DNA of 63,514 nt, the filler included, from Octopus bimaculoides (taxonomy: Eukaryota), in NCBI RefSeq assembly GCF_001194135.2. It is 5 parts of 4 records of this genome, joined end to end, with 100 filler letters (N's around TTAATTAATTAA, not from the genome) between each part and the next. Parts side by side here need not be neighbours in the genome. Positions count along the whole stretch, not along the records: positions 1 to 5,372 come from NC_068983.1; positions 5,473 to 23,171 come from NC_068987.1; 3 more parts are not named here. One strand, given 5' to 3'. The notes below the pieces were generated by a model. That model worked only from the letters and a program-made list of their open reading frames with translations. It had not been told where the DNA came from and made no database searches. Positions 1 through 13,147 of the stretch are shown one piece after another (the stretch's first letter is position 1; each line of letters starts with the position of its first letter). The position numbers and the translations under genes were made by a program.

Positions 1-70
<70 letters not shown>

Positions 71-492
71 TCGAAAACACACAAAGGGGATGAGCATGGC
101 TGCAATAGCTTTATAGTCATATATCTGCTCGGCTATCGGAACAGTAAGCTGATTTGAAAAAAGTTAAGGCAGAGAAAAAGAGACAAAGCAAAAACAAAAA
201 CAAAAAAACTCAGAAAAACTACGTCCAGTTTGACAATGCTGATGACAACGATGACGACGATGATGATGATGATAATGATGATGATGATGTGATGGTGATG
301 ATGATGACGACGATATAAGGGGGGAAAAATAAAAGCTATTTAGTCTATCGAAGTTATTAAAGGTAATTAATGGCAAAAAGCTAATGGCGATATCCTGAGA
401 GAACATTACAAATTTCAATAATTCAGACTTGGTTATCGATTCTCAAAAGTTATAAATTAATAACAGTTTGAAGTAAAAAGCGAAACATCAAC

Positions 493-524
<32 letters not shown>

Positions 525-786
525 TGTATGTATGTATTTACGTTTGCATGTATGTATAAGTATGTATACATATATGTATGTGTNNNNNNNNNNNNNNNNN
601 NNNNNNNNNNNNNNNNNNNNNNNNNNNNNNNNNNNNNNNNNNNNNNNNNNNNNNNNNNNNNNNNNNNNNNNNNNNNNNNNNNNNNNNNNNNNNNNNNNNN
701 NNNNNNNNNNNNNNNNNNNNNNNNNNNNNNNNNNNNNNNNNNNNNNNNNNNNNNNNNNNNNNNNNNNNNNNNNNNNNNNNNNNNNN

Positions 787-828
<42 letters not shown>

Positions 829-1785
829 ACACATACATACACACACACACGCACACACACAAACACACACTGTCTCTCATAAACACGTATATATATATTT
901 ATGTATATATATGTCTGTGTGTGTGTACATGTATGTATGTATGTATGTATGTATGTATGTATGTATCTATCTATACATACAAGCATGTGCACTTAATTCA
1001 CATGCGCACGCATACACACACATATATAGAGAATGAGAGAAACACACAATATTGTTCAGAATGAATGATTTACTCCTGTTTTTCTCCGCTTTTTTTTAGC
1101 AAAAGATTAAGAAAAAATATATATTTGGTAAATATAAACCATTTCCCATACCCATATCTATCTATCTATCTATCTATATTGACAAGAAAAATTTGAATAC
1201 TGCGTAAAATAATCCGACTGTAAAATAAGAAACCGGCCAATGCTAATTTCAATACTTCCTCAATTATTGAAGTTTGGTCGATCTATATAGGATGATTTAT
1301 ACAGATTATTCTGATAAACAATAGAGAGCATATGTCTAATGCTAAAAATATTGACAAAGAAGGAAGACGATCTCGTGAGAAATATTCTGCTATTGAAAAT
1401 GCTATAATCTCAAGCTGGGTCTCTAAAATAAATCACGTAATTGGAAATATCTAAGATTTCTTAAAAATTCTTCCAAATATTAACTGAACTTCTGTATCAA
1501 ATATTCTGAATATCTCGGATGACGTGCCATCTTTGTTAACAGAACACATAGATATTGTTTCTGCTGTAAAATTGAACAAATAGGAAATCTTTTAAACGTA
1601 AGATAACTTCCAGGATACAAAATCTCATTTCTAACAGTGTAACTATATTGTTTTATAAGATAGAGTGGTTCAATAAATAGGTTAGCTGACTAGTCAGAAA
1701 GTAAAGGATGTGTGTCTTGTCACCAGCTGTGTGCTTTGTTTGTGGTCTAGATACTTAAATTTGAAATGACCCAGTCTACTGTTTG

Positions 1786-2491
1786 TTTACTCTTTTACTC
1801 TTTTACTTGTTTCAGTCATTTGACTGCGGCCATGCTGGAACACCGCCTTTAGTCGAATCAAATCGACCACAGGACTTATTCTTTGTAAGCCTAGTACTTA
1901 TTCTATCGGTCTCTTTTGCCGAACCCCTAAGTTACGGGGACCTAAACACACCAGCATCGGTTGTCAAGCGACGTTGGGGNNNNNNNNNNNNNNNNNNNNN
2001 NNNNNNNNNNNNNNNNNNNNNNNNNNNNNNNNNNNNNNNNNNNNNNNNNNNNNNNNNNNNNNNNNNNNNNNNNNNNNNNNNNNNNNNNNNNNNNNNNNNN
2101 NNNNNNNNNNNNNNNNNNNNNNNNNNNNNNNNNNNNNNNNNNNNNNNNNNNNNNNNNNNNNNNNNNNNNNNNNNNNNNNNNNNNNNNNNNNNNNNNNNNN
2201 NNNNNNNNNNNNNNNNNNNNNNNNNNNNNNNNNNNNNNNNNNNNNNNNNNNNNNNNNNNNNNNNNNNNNNNNNNNNNNNNNNNNNNNNNNNNNNNNNNNN
2301 NNNNNNNNNNNNNNNNNNTATATATATACGACGGGCTTCTTTCAGTTTCCGTCTACCAAATCCACTCACAAGGCTTTGGTCGGTCCGAGGCTACAGTAGA
2401 AGACACTTGCCCAAGGTGCCACGCAGTGGGACTGAACCCGAGACCATGTGGCTGGTGAGCAAGCTACTTACCACACAGCCACTCCTGCGCC
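1786..2491 (-). mobile_element. SINE family A (tRNA-derived head + internal microsatellite + tail), full length, spans an N gap
   Basis: Reverse complement matches the copy at 42066-42466 (head GGTTC..GTCCCACTGCGTGGCACCTTGGGCAAGTG; tail GCTCCAGCATGGCCGCAGTCAAATGACTGAAACAAGTAAAAGAG). The N gap sits at the internal microsatellite. Confidence 0.9.
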
Positions 2492-2842
2492 TCTTGTTTG
2501 TATATGTGAAGTGGCTTTCTCTTTCCCATCCCACCAATTTTTTTTCCCAAATATATAATTTTTAACAACAATTTTTAGTTACAAATCTATGTAAAACTGG
2601 AGTGAATTCCGGACAATATTGCATGTGTCTCTGAGCGCAAACACACACACGCGCGCGCGTGTGTGCACTTGAGTGCATGCGTGTGTACGTGTGTGTAGGG
2701 TGAGTATGTATGTTTGAGACAGTGAAGCCCTAAAACTTCCAAGATGAGACTAAAAATGTCAATTATGTCACATTTCTGTGGTAGCTATTATATGTGATCA
2801 TTAACTGCTCCAAAACATCATTATGGTGGAGGTGGTTGTCTA

Positions 2843-3100
2843 TTTAGAAGTTTGCTTCTGAACAACATGGTTCCAGGTTCAGTCCCACTATGTGGCACCT
2901 TTTGGAAGTGTATTCTACTATAGCCCTGGACTGACTAAAGCCTTGTGAGTGGGTCTGGCCCAAGTGGGTCTGGCCCAAGTGGGTCTGGCCCAAGTGGGTC
3001 TGGCCCAAGTGGGTCTTGCCCAAGGTGCCACGCAGTGGGACTGAACCCGGAACCATGTGGTTGGTAGGCAAGCTACTTACCACACAGCCACTCCTACGCC
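2843..3100. mobile_element. Two opposed SINE-A heads (+ 2843-2955, - 3015-3100) joined by a 15-bp tandem repeat
   Basis: GGTTCCAGGTTCAGTCCCACTATGTGGCACCTT pairs with AAGGTGCCACGCAGTGGGACTGAACCCGGAACC; GGGTCTGGCCCAAGT x4 plus one variant at 2951-3025. Confidence 0.85.
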
Positions 3101-3267
3101 TATTGTTTAACTAATTGTATCTTTAAGTTCCCCTCTCAGTTAATTGCTATAAAGACTTGACAATAATTTCCCATTTCTAGATGATGATAAGTTAAGAAAT
3201 ATTTTACAAGTTTCCTATCATAATTGAAGACAGCACTTACGAAATACCTTTGGCATATGCTTCGTTT

Positions 3268-3530
3268 GTGGAGGTGTGTGGCTTAGTTGTTAAGGTGTCA
3301 GCATCATGATCGTAAGATTGTGGTTTCGATTCCTGGACCGGGCGACGCGTTGTGTTCTTGAGCAAAACACTTCATTTCACGTTGCTCCAGTCCACTCATC
3401 TGGCAAAAATGAGTAACGCTGTGATGGACTGGCGTCCAGTCCAGCTGGGGGAACACATACGCCATTAAAACCGGGAAACCGGGCCCATGAGCCTGGCTAG
3501 GCTTTAAAAGGGCGCATTTATTATTTTATT
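3268..3530 (+). mobile_element. SINE family B (tRNA head, CORE-like central domain), near full length
   Basis: A-box/B-box-like TGGCTTAGTTGTTAAGG and GGTTTCGATTCC; TCTTGAGCAAAACACTTCATTTCAC resembles the CORE-SINE domain; 3' half recurs at 58412-58540. Confidence 0.85.
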
Positions 3531-3759
3531 TATATGCTTCGTTTATACCAAATATGTCTTAATGCGTGAAGTTAAAAACGTCGTATATTCCGAACACAAT
3601 TGTTTTATCCGGTTTGTATTCAAAATAAACTCAAAGTGAATAACTGTTGGAGACGTTTTAAAAGCTAACCGGAGATATGACACTGATCTCTATAGTTTAT
3701 TGAAAACAACAGGAAGAATTTAGTGAAAATATCGATATCTGTGTGTTGACATAGAGCAC

Positions 3760-4300
3760 ATCTAAGACGAAATCTCCCGAGGTTCCGCGGCATGTGCTCC
3801 TCTATTCTCCGTACTCCTTGGCCTAAATGGTTAGAGTAGGTCCTCTCACTTGGGCCATTATCACCACATTCAACAAATTTAGTGATGGCAGCACATCCCC
3901 CTCAAGCATCACCTTCTTTTACAAATGGACTTTAAAAGGGTCAATAATGGCTTGACCGAAATGGAAAGTGCCTGTCTTCAGTTTTTTCAGTCTTGTCCAG
4001 GACACATCTACTTTTGCCGTAGTCACCAGAGGAAAACTGCTTCCCCTTCCCAGCCAGAGGAAGGCGGCGGGGCGTTCTTCATGATGGAGTAGGTCGAGAA
4101 TCCATCCAATGCGTGATATCAGCTATTCGACAAGTCAGCAGTGCACGAACACTGTGAGGGTGTGTAGGACGGTTTCGTCACTCTTCGCTCACCTTGAAAA
4201 GGCGCGGCTGAAGGCACTCCCATACTTGTAGAGTTTATACCGAACAGGCAATGCTCTCTGTAACTCTGACAGGTGAGGGATTTCTAAAAGATTATTTGTG
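3760..4300 (-). pseudogene. L1/Tx1-clade LINE ORF2 C-terminal remnant (zf-RVT region and C-terminus)
   Basis: Minus-strand reading RALPVRYKLYKYGSAFSRAFSR*AKSDETVLH fits the LPVRDKL..CPRC..ETVLH zinc-knuckle pattern; downstream VSWTRLKKLKTGTFHFGQAIIDPFKVHL*KKV; stops and frameshifts present. Confidence 0.7.
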
Positions 4301-4499
4301 GATCCCGATTTGAAAGTCCTATTAAGCGCTAACTTAAATAATATTAACAAAATCCTCAACAACTCAATTTTTGCATAAGTTATGTATGTATGTATGTATG
4401 TACGCTTCCACAAAGTATACATACATATACGTGCAAGAAATATATTGTCCAAACAAACTGAAATCTATATGGAAATATTGAATTATAGTTGTTTTTTAA

Positions 4500-4956
4500 T
4501 TGCTTGGTTTGGCGGAAAGCGGTAGACCTAATGGTACTTCATAAGTTCCTTAAGGCAGGTGAGATTGATGCCGTTACTGTATCACTTAAACTGTTGCAAG
4601 TGGACACTTTCAGGAAAGATCTGAGCCGCACCAGAATACCAGTGGGGTTAAGGCTCAGCCGGGAATAAAATAAATGAAATTAGAACAAGACTTAGCCGGA
4701 CTCCTCGAACAAAGGCGACTGTATTAGCTGAAGAAAAGACAGAAAGCAGAAACAGCATACTTGCAGGACAGAGGAGGCTGGAGAGTGCTTGTGAGTGAAT
4801 TGTGCCTATCATTCGAGTGGTCTTCCTCTGAATATGGCGTAAGATGCATCTGAATACTGCATCAGGGTCATCTAGGATGTGAGAACAATACTCCGTTGTG
4901 GACCTCACTTGAAATTCGTAGAGTATCGGTAATTGTTGGGAGGAAAAATGTTTTCT
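4500..4956 (-). pseudogene. CR1/L2-group LINE RT C-terminal remnant, 5' truncated
   Basis: RKHFSSQQLPILYEFQVRSTTEYCSHI...RHIQRKTTRMIG, and later IFPESVHLQQFK, match the post-RT motifs LYKAQVRP.MEYCSHIW / IQRRA.RLI / VFP....LQ.FK. Confidence 0.75.
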
Positions 4957-5185
4957 GTGAAGGCGCGAAGCATAGTGGTTAATGTGTTGCATTCACAATT
5001 GCAAGATCGTGGTTTCGATTGCCGGATGGGGTGGTGGCTTCTGTCTTAAGCAATATATTTCATTTCACGTTACTTAACAGTCCAATCAGCTGAAACGAGT
5101 AACACTCTGAGGGCCCAGTGTCCCCGTTCAGAGATAATGGTGTGATCTCGGTTACTTAACCGGTCAATGAGTCTGAGGAAGTTAA
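4957..5185 (+). mobile_element. SINE family B, degenerate
   Basis: GTGAAGGCGCGAAGCATAGTGGTTAA head, GGTTTCGATTGCC B-box, CORE-like TTAAGCAATATATTTCATTTCACG. Confidence 0.7.
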
Positions 5186-5372
5186 AAAACACAAAAGTGA
5201 AGTATTTTCTGGTTCCGAATAAAAGGGTGAATCTTTAGTATATAGAGCTAGTTTGTGTTGTATGGAAGAATTTAAGAGGGACTTGTGAAAACGAAAGCCA
5301 TCCCCATTAGAAGAGGAATATTCCAGGGAGACACGCTCTCTCCACTCCTGTTCTGCCTGGCACTCACACCTT

Positions 5373-5472
5373 NNNNNNNNNNNNNNNNNNNNNNNNNNNN
5401 NNNNNNNNNNNNNNNNTTAATTAATTAANNNNNNNNNNNNNNNNNNNNNNNNNNNNNNNNNNNNNNNNNNNN
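5373..5472. other. Artificial scaffold spacer (44N-TTAATTAATTAA-44N)
   Basis: Six-frame-stop 12-mer at 5417-5428 with exactly 44 N on each side; identical design occurs four times. Confidence 0.95.
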
Positions 5473-5523
<51 letters not shown>

Positions 5524-5587
5524 CACATATATATTGAAATGTGATATGGATGGCATTATTAATATCAACACCATGATTTTAATTGTT

Positions 5588-5782
5588 ATTGGCTTCAAAT
5601 CTTAGCACAGGGCCAGCAATTTTAGGGGAAGGGTATGTCGATTTACATCGACCCCAGTACTTAACTGGTATTTATGTTATTGAAAGGATGGAAGGCAAAT
5701 TTGAACTCAGAATGTTAGGACGGAGAAAATACTGCTAAGTATTTTGTCCGCTGTGGCAACGATTCTGCCAGTCCGCTGCCTT
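5588..5782 (-). mobile_element. SINE family C (tRNA-derived; central block resembles the Meta domain)
   Basis: Plus-strand signature GTCGATTTACATCGACCCCAGTACTTAACTGGTA...TTTGAACTCAGAA...GATTCTGCCAG, shared with more than 15 copies in the window. Confidence 0.8.
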
Positions 5783-5929
5783 ACTATTTTCATTAATGTC
5801 GATATTATTATTATGGTTAAAAATAGAAATAGTAGTAGTAGTAGTAGTAGCAGTAGTATAAGTAATAGTAGTAGTACTTGGCTCTTATTATTGCCATCTG
5901 CTTTCTAACAAATGCAATGCACTACACAT

Positions 5930-5975
<46 letters not shown>

Positions 5976-6857
5976 GCACATATATTTACTCTATATTTCT
6001 TTGCATGTTTCCTAAACATCATTATATCCGTCGTAAAGAACAGTCACGATAACAGATATTCTCGGTATAAAGGTCGCAAGTATAAGAATGCAAATAAGAA
6101 GCTAACATCATCACACATGCATACAGGCACACATACACACACTAACACATATGTACATATATACACACACTAACACATATGTACATATATACACACACAC
6201 ACACAAAAAAATATCAAGTTATGTATGACTTTTCAAACAATGATACTAAAAGCATTAGTTGTTTGTTTTTAAAATTTCATGATCATGTTGCCATAGTGAT
6301 ATGGAAGGCTTCTTTTCTGATATAGTCTTTTATTAGGGTGAAGCAATACCTACATACATATATAATATATATATATATANNNNNNNNNNNNNNNNNNNNN
6401 NNNNNNNNNNNNNNNNNNNNNNNNNNNNNNNNNNNNNNNNNNNNNNNNNNNNNNNNNNNNNNNNNNNNNNNNNNNNNNNNNNNNNNNNNNNNNNNNNNNN
6501 NNNNNNNNNNNNNNNNNNNNNNNNNNNNNNNNNNNNNNNNNNNNNNNNNNNNNNNNNNNNNNNNNNNNNNNNNNNNNNNNNNNNNNNNNNNNNNNNNNNN
6601 NNNNNNNNNNNNNNNNNNNNNNNNNNNNNNNNNNNNNNNNNNNNNNNNNNNNNNNNNNNNNNNNNNNNNNNNNNNNNNNNNNNNNNNNNNNNNNNNNNNN
6701 NNNNNNNNNNNNNNNNNNNNNNNNNNNNNNNNNNNNNNNNNNNNNNNNNNNNNNNNNNNNNNNNNNNNNNNNNNNNNNNNNNNNNNNNNNNNNNNNNNNN
6801 NNNNNNNNNNNNNNNNNNNNNNNNNNNNNNNNNNNNNNNTATATATATATATATATA

Positions 6858-6945
<88 letters not shown>

Positions 6946-6950
6946 AACAT

Positions 6951-7193
6951 GTGAAGGCGTGTGGTGTAGTGGTTAGGTTGTTTCACTCAAGATTGCTAGA
7001 TCATGGGTTCAATTCTCTGCCTGGGCACCACATTGTGTTCTTGAACAAAATCACTTCGTTTCATGTTGCTCCAGTGCTCCTTTTGATCAGTCAAGGGGAG
7101 GAGGGGTGTCATTTGAAGGCTAAGACAACACAAAAGTGCATTGTGACAAGCAATGTGTAACAACATCTGATAGCCTGGTCAGTCATGTGATAC
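6951..7193 (+). mobile_element. SINE with family-B head/CORE-like block and a different tail
   Basis: GTGAAGGCGTGTGGTGTAGTGGTTAGG head, GGGTTCAATTC B-box, GTGTTCTTGAACAAAATCACTT; tail unrelated to the 3268 copy. Confidence 0.7.
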
Positions 7194-7255
7194 ATACATA
7201 GATACATATATATATGTATATATATATATACATACATATATACATACATATTTAT

Positions 7256-7292
<37 letters not shown>

Positions 7293-7903
7293 CAGCTGAT
7301 TGCTGCTTTTTAAGGTAACCATGCAATTATGAAGTGAAGTGAGAGGGCAGCATTGTTCTTGTCTTTTTAACCCTAGGTCAGCTTTGACAAGGAACAGATC
7401 TATGGAAGGAATTCCAACAGCTGTGACCATTGAATCATTTTTTTCATACATTTAGAATTTCATTGTCTAAGGTGTCTTTATATGCCATTTTTATTTAGAT
7501 AACTTAGAAGCTATTTCCAGCAGCTGAATAACTGCCTTGTAGATACTTTCCACTTCAATGGTCCAGTCTGGCAAAAATGGTCAAACAGAATTATGATAGT
7601 AAGGCCTTTGAATTGGTCAAACCATGTTGGGAATAATTCAACACTTTAACATGTAAGCCTTTGTGCTTCTATCAATAGAAAAACATCATTTATATATTTA
7701 TTTATTTTTCTGTTGGTTGGGTGTTATGGTGTATGTTTGAATGGGGGAAAGACCAAGGTGCGATAAAATTAAAACCAAGAAAACAGTGCATCCCATGAGA
7801 TCCTACTATAGTCTAACAATGGTGGAGGGTTCCTTAGTTACTTGCAGATCGATGAAAATTGATCTGCATATCTATATTCTACATATGTAAATGTGTGTGG
7901 GTT

Positions 7904-7945
<42 letters not shown>

Positions 7946-8310
7946 GACTCATATATATATACATACAGACATGTGCACAAATATGTACATGTGTTTGTGT
8001 ATATATATTTGTAAATGATGTGATTTGTTTTTGTTAATGTAAATATATATATATGTGCATGCATATGCCTATGCGTAATGTATCTGTACTTGTTATTGGG
8101 TTTCTGTAATAATATATATGTATATATATATGTAGGTGTGTGTTTGTATGTATATATTATATATTTACATATAATATATATGTGTATATATCTATATCCT
8201 ACTCATAGCTGGATGCATCTGTAACTTGCAGGAGATTCTGAATGCTTTCCCCTGATATGTATGCTAGATCTATGTATAAAGTATGTACACATCTATATAA
8301 ATATACATAC

Positions 8311-8371
<61 letters not shown>

Positions 8372-8642
8372 TGTGTGTATGTATATATGTGTGTATGTAT
8401 GCATAGTCTAACTAAGAAGGTACGAAGTGTGTATTTTCTAGAAGCCAAATAAGTTTAGTGATTCATTTCTGTTGCGATAGAAAGATCTAATAGAAATTCA
8501 TATCAAATGCATCACACATGTACAATGCATATAAATAATTTGCCTGTTCACGCTCACACAGACAAACACATATGTGCACACACCACCATACACATTTATG
8601 CATAAATATAAGTTAAGGTAGCACCAAAATGATCATAATTAC

Positions 8643-8663
8643 CATCATCATCATCATCATCAG

Positions 8664-8710
<47 letters not shown>
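8643..8710 (+). repeat. (CAT)n microsatellite
   Basis: Direct reading. Confidence 0.95.
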
Positions 8711-8712
<2 letters not shown>

Positions 8713-8986
8713 GAATTCCTGGTTAATATTTAATTATTTTGTTGATTTATAAATTTCTATTCATATAGGTGTTTATATTAGCTATTCATGTACATTACTC
8801 TATTCTACAAACGTATTTTCACATGCAATTGGTTATATATGCATCTATGTCTATATCTATATCTATATTTATATGTGCAAAATAATGAAATTAATAATAA
8901 ATATTTCCTGTACTGAACACACACATATGCACACACACACACACACGTATGCACACCAACACACACACACACACGTATGCACACAC

Positions 8987-9028
<42 letters not shown>

Positions 9029-9123
9029 TTGAGAGTTAGAGAGAAAATACAACACAACAATTATGTAATGTGATTTTCTATACATACATATATAGATATT
9101 TATATATGCATACATATATATTC

Positions 9124-9155
<32 letters not shown>

Positions 9156-9432
9156 TTATATATAACAATAGATATAAATAACAATCTCCCCCCTCTCTCT
9201 CTGTATATACATACATACATACANNNNNNNNNNNNNNNNNNNNNNNNNNNNNNNNNNNNNNNNNNNNNNNNNNNNNNNNNNNNNNNNNNNNNNNNNNNNN
9301 NNNNNNNNNNNNNNNNNNNNNNNNNNNNNNNNNNNNNNNNNNNNNNNNNNNNNNNNNNNNNNNNNNNNNNNNNNNNNNNNNNNNNNNNNNNNNNNNNNNN
9401 NNNNNNNNNNNNNNNNNNNNNNNNNNNNNNNN

Positions 9433-9473
<41 letters not shown>

Positions 9474-9672
9474 TGTGTGTGTGAGAGAGAGATAGAGAGG
9501 GAGAGAGTGTGATGATGGAGAAAGATTGTTACAAATATGTAGAGAGAAATGAAGTAGGAGAAATGTTTGAAGGTTGATAAAAAAAATGGAATGATAGATT
9601 GCTGGATAGATATCCCATAATATGGAAAATTTCCATTGAAACAACATAAAGAAATGAACTCACATACACACA

Positions 9673-9711
<39 letters not shown>

Positions 9712-10769
9712 ATGCACACAACTTGCATATTTTTAAATGTACATACAAATAAAGATAAGAACTGCATATCCATATTTACCCATTCATGCGCATATGTTTT
9801 TTCTCTTATGTAGACAAACACCAGAAATTACAAAAAACACCCACATTACATAATATCTACACATCATGAATATATTTATACAATACATATACACATAGAT
9901 ATTATTCTAAAGGTTAGTAGGCTACTATTTATTTCATCAAAAGGTCACTGAAATTGTATAATATGAACAATCATTTTATTGTCACCTTCATGTCAGCCAA
10001 TTTTAATTTTTGCTATAAAATTAGTTGATGGATGTTTAGGCTGCAATCATGCTGGTCATAGGATTCTCACACACCTACTGTAGCATAAATATTTGAAAAA
10101 TAACTCTCCCAAATTCTCAGATGTTAGGAAATTTTAAGCAATGCAGAAAACTCTTAGTCAATGGTAATTGTGACACCATATGTAACTACACATAATGTCT
10201 TTTGCAAGTATCTCTATTAACATTTTATGAAGTTTCTTGTCAGATACATCTCAGATTCCAGATATATTTGAAGTATGTAGCCATAATGTAACTATGTAGT
10301 TTACATAATAATTTCTTCAAATTAGTTTCAGCTGGGGTTATTTAAAAAAAAACCACACAACGTTTCTTGTTGTTACTGAAATCAATATTACTCCTCCTCT
10401 ATTTCCCACTCCTCCTTCTCCTCAACTCTTCCTTCTCAACTCCTCCTCTCGCCACCCTCTTCCTCTTCTCTACCTTCCCTAGTGATCCTCCCTCCCATTG
10501 TCATCATCAATGTTGTCACCATACTCCCCCTCCTCGTCCTCCTCCTCCTCCTCATCATCATTATTATCACCATTGTTTTTGTACCAATTTTGTTGTCCTG
10601 GCTGACATTTGGAAATTTACATTTTATAATCTACAAATAAACATGTGTGCGACATTATACAAGATAATAATAAAAATAATCATGCTAATACTAATAATAA
10701 TGACAACAACAACAACAACAACAGTAGCAACAAAAAACATGTCTGAAAGCCTAATCAATGAACCCTTAC

Positions 10770-10840
10770 TTCTACAGGACACAAATGTATTAATTTTTGC
10801 ACCAAGTTTGTATGAAGGGATTTGTTGTATAGAAGTTGAA
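10770..10840 (-). CDS. Candidate internal exon of an unidentified gene ([24 protein letters not shown])
   Basis: ctcccAG acceptor, GAA|GTAAGG donor, 71 nt open frame in unique sequence between microsatellites; no protein family recognised. Confidence 0.25.
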
Positions 10841-11030
10841 CTGGGAGAAGTTATCTACAAAACTATATATATATGTGTGTGTGTGTGTGTATGTGTATAT
10901 GTATTTATGTATATATGTACATGCATATGTATATATATATATATATATAAATATATACATGCATATGTATATATACAAATATACATATACATATATACAA
11001 ATATACATATACATATATACATACATATAC

Positions 11031-11065
<35 letters not shown>

Positions 11066-11414
11066 TAAATATATACATGCATATGTATATATACAAATAT
11101 ACATATACATATATACANNNNNNNNNNNNNNNNNNNNNNNNNNNNNNNNNNNNNNNNNNNNNNNNNNNNNNNNNNNNNNNNTATATATATGTATGTATAT
11201 ATACATATATACATATATACATATATGTAAATATGTATTCTCCACTTAATTATAATTATAAACTGTGGTTTAAACAATAAATTACCTGCCTCTGGATACC
11301 TTCTAACAAAGATGGTACCTACATAAGTAATCTCCAAGAGTGCCTTCGGATTTAACTATCCTCTGGTTGCTGAGATACTTCAGACTACCCCTGAAATATT
11401 GAAGCAATCCTATC

Positions 11415-11448
<34 letters not shown>

Positions 11449-12255
11449 AAATGTATGTATATGTTTATGTGTCTATACCTTTGTATGCGTGAGCAATATA
11501 TTTTCTTTCCAAATCATTGAAGTGTACTGTTAAATAAACAGGATTGTCTGACAGTGTGGGCTGGATATGTAATCACTCTTTCTATTGAACATTAAAAAAC
11601 AGAGGAAGACATGCACACACACACACACACTCACTAACACAGTTATGTATGTATGTATGTATCTTCCTATCAATCTATCTATGTATGCATGTATACACAT
11701 ACACACACGCATATATATAAATTTGAAGCTACTTGATTTATCATTTTGGTATTTTTCTACCTTCTTAACCCACAACTGTCTGAACATACAAATTAGTAAT
11801 GAATCCCATTTCTATAATGACTTTGTAAAGTGATACACTAAAACCATCATTTTTACCATTTCTTATATTTTCATTTGTAATGGAAAATCCTTCTCTTGAG
11901 AAACATATCAACTGTATCTATTTATAGGTGAAATCATGCAAGCTGTTCTTGTATTTATTTATTCATACACATCAAGATGAAATGACTACTGGATTTCCCT
12001 ATATAATCAATATTATATAATTAGTGTTACATAATAATTGGCATATTCATGTTTCCCAAATTGTTAAATGATTTATTAACCATATGTTGTTGAAACAGCT
12101 GTAACCAAAGAAGAATTTTAATTTTAGTACCTTTCATCAGTCAATTGTAATCACCTTCCTCTCTTCTGTGTGTGTATGAGTACATATACATATATATATA
12201 TATATAAACAAATCTATATACATGTACATATATTTATGTATGTATGCATGTATGT

Positions 12256-12295
<40 letters not shown>

Positions 12296-12735
12296 CTGAG
12301 CATGTCTGTATGTGTATATATATATATATATGTATGTGTGTTTATATATATATATATATATATATATNNNNNNNNNNNNNNNNNNNNNNNNNNNNNNNNN
12401 NNNNNNNNNNNNNNNNNNNNNNNNNNNNNNNNNNNNNNNNNNNNNNNNNNNNNNNNNNNNNNNNNNNNNNNNNNNNNNNNNNNNNNNNNNNNNNNNNNNN
12501 NNNNNNNNNNNNNNNNNNNNNNNNNNNNNNNNNNNNNNNNNNNNNNNNNNNNNNNNNNNNNNNNNNNNNNNNNNNNNNNNNNNNNNNNNNNNNNNNNNNN
12601 NNNNNNNGAAATTTTATGCACATCAGATAATGTATGCCTTGTTTATTATGAACATTCAATTTTGTGTCTTCACTTGGTCTGAATGCATCCATATTTGCAA
12701 ATAACAAGACCCACATATAGTTCTATAATATGCAT

Positions 12736-13109
12736 GAGTGACGGTGTGGTAAGAACTTGCTTCCCAACCACATGACTCTGGATTCAGTCCAACTGTATGA
12801 CACTTTGGGCAAGTGTCTTCTACTATAGCGTCGGGCTGACCAAAGCCTTGTGAGCAGATTTGGTAAATTGAGACTTAAAGAGGTCCATCATATATATATA
12901 TATATATATATGGATTTATTTGTGTATCTGTGTTTGTCACCCCACCATCGCTTGACACTGCTGTTGGTGTGTTTATGTCCCTGTAACTTAGTGGTTCAGT
13001 AAAAGAACCAATAAAATAAGTACAAGGCTTACAGAGAATTGTTCGACTAAAGGTAATGCTCCAGCATGGATGCAGTCAAATGGCTGAAGTAAGAAAAAAA
13101 GAATAAAAG
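12736..13109 (+). mobile_element. SINE family A, CpG-decayed
   Basis: Colinear with the 42066 copy, but most CpG positions are TpG/CpA (e.g. TATGTCCCTGTAACTTAGTGGTTCAGT vs TACACCCCCGTAACCTAGCGGTTCGGC). Confidence 0.85.
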
Positions 13110-13116
13110 TATATAT

Positions 13117-13147
<31 letters not shown>

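Noticed and set aside
488-1064. Long ORFs made of YI/CV/TH/X runs (here and throughout the ORF track)
   Set aside because: Translations of (TA)n, (TG)n, (TATG)n microsatellites and N gaps.
1330-1700. Possible Penelope RT fossil (DFLKILPNIN, SDDVPSLLT, CNYIVL*DRVVQ*IG in one frame)
   Set aside because: Only vague similarity with many stops; not supportable without a profile search.
2951-3025. CRISPR-like repeat array
   Set aside because: Contiguous tandem units with no spacers, in eukaryotic DNA without cas genes.
4192-4283. Minus-strand exon-like segment with an AAG|GTGAGC donor
   Set aside because: The reading continues through the apparent donor as an L1/Tx1 zinc-knuckle, so it is a LINE remnant.
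5417-5428. TTAATTAATTAA recurring four times as a possible biological motif
   Set aside because: Always centred in exactly 44+44 N: a six-frame-stop assembly linker.
11286-11390. 105-nt minus-strand segment with strong acceptor and donor
   Set aside because: All three frames contain stops; only the donor side is mentioned as a candidate.
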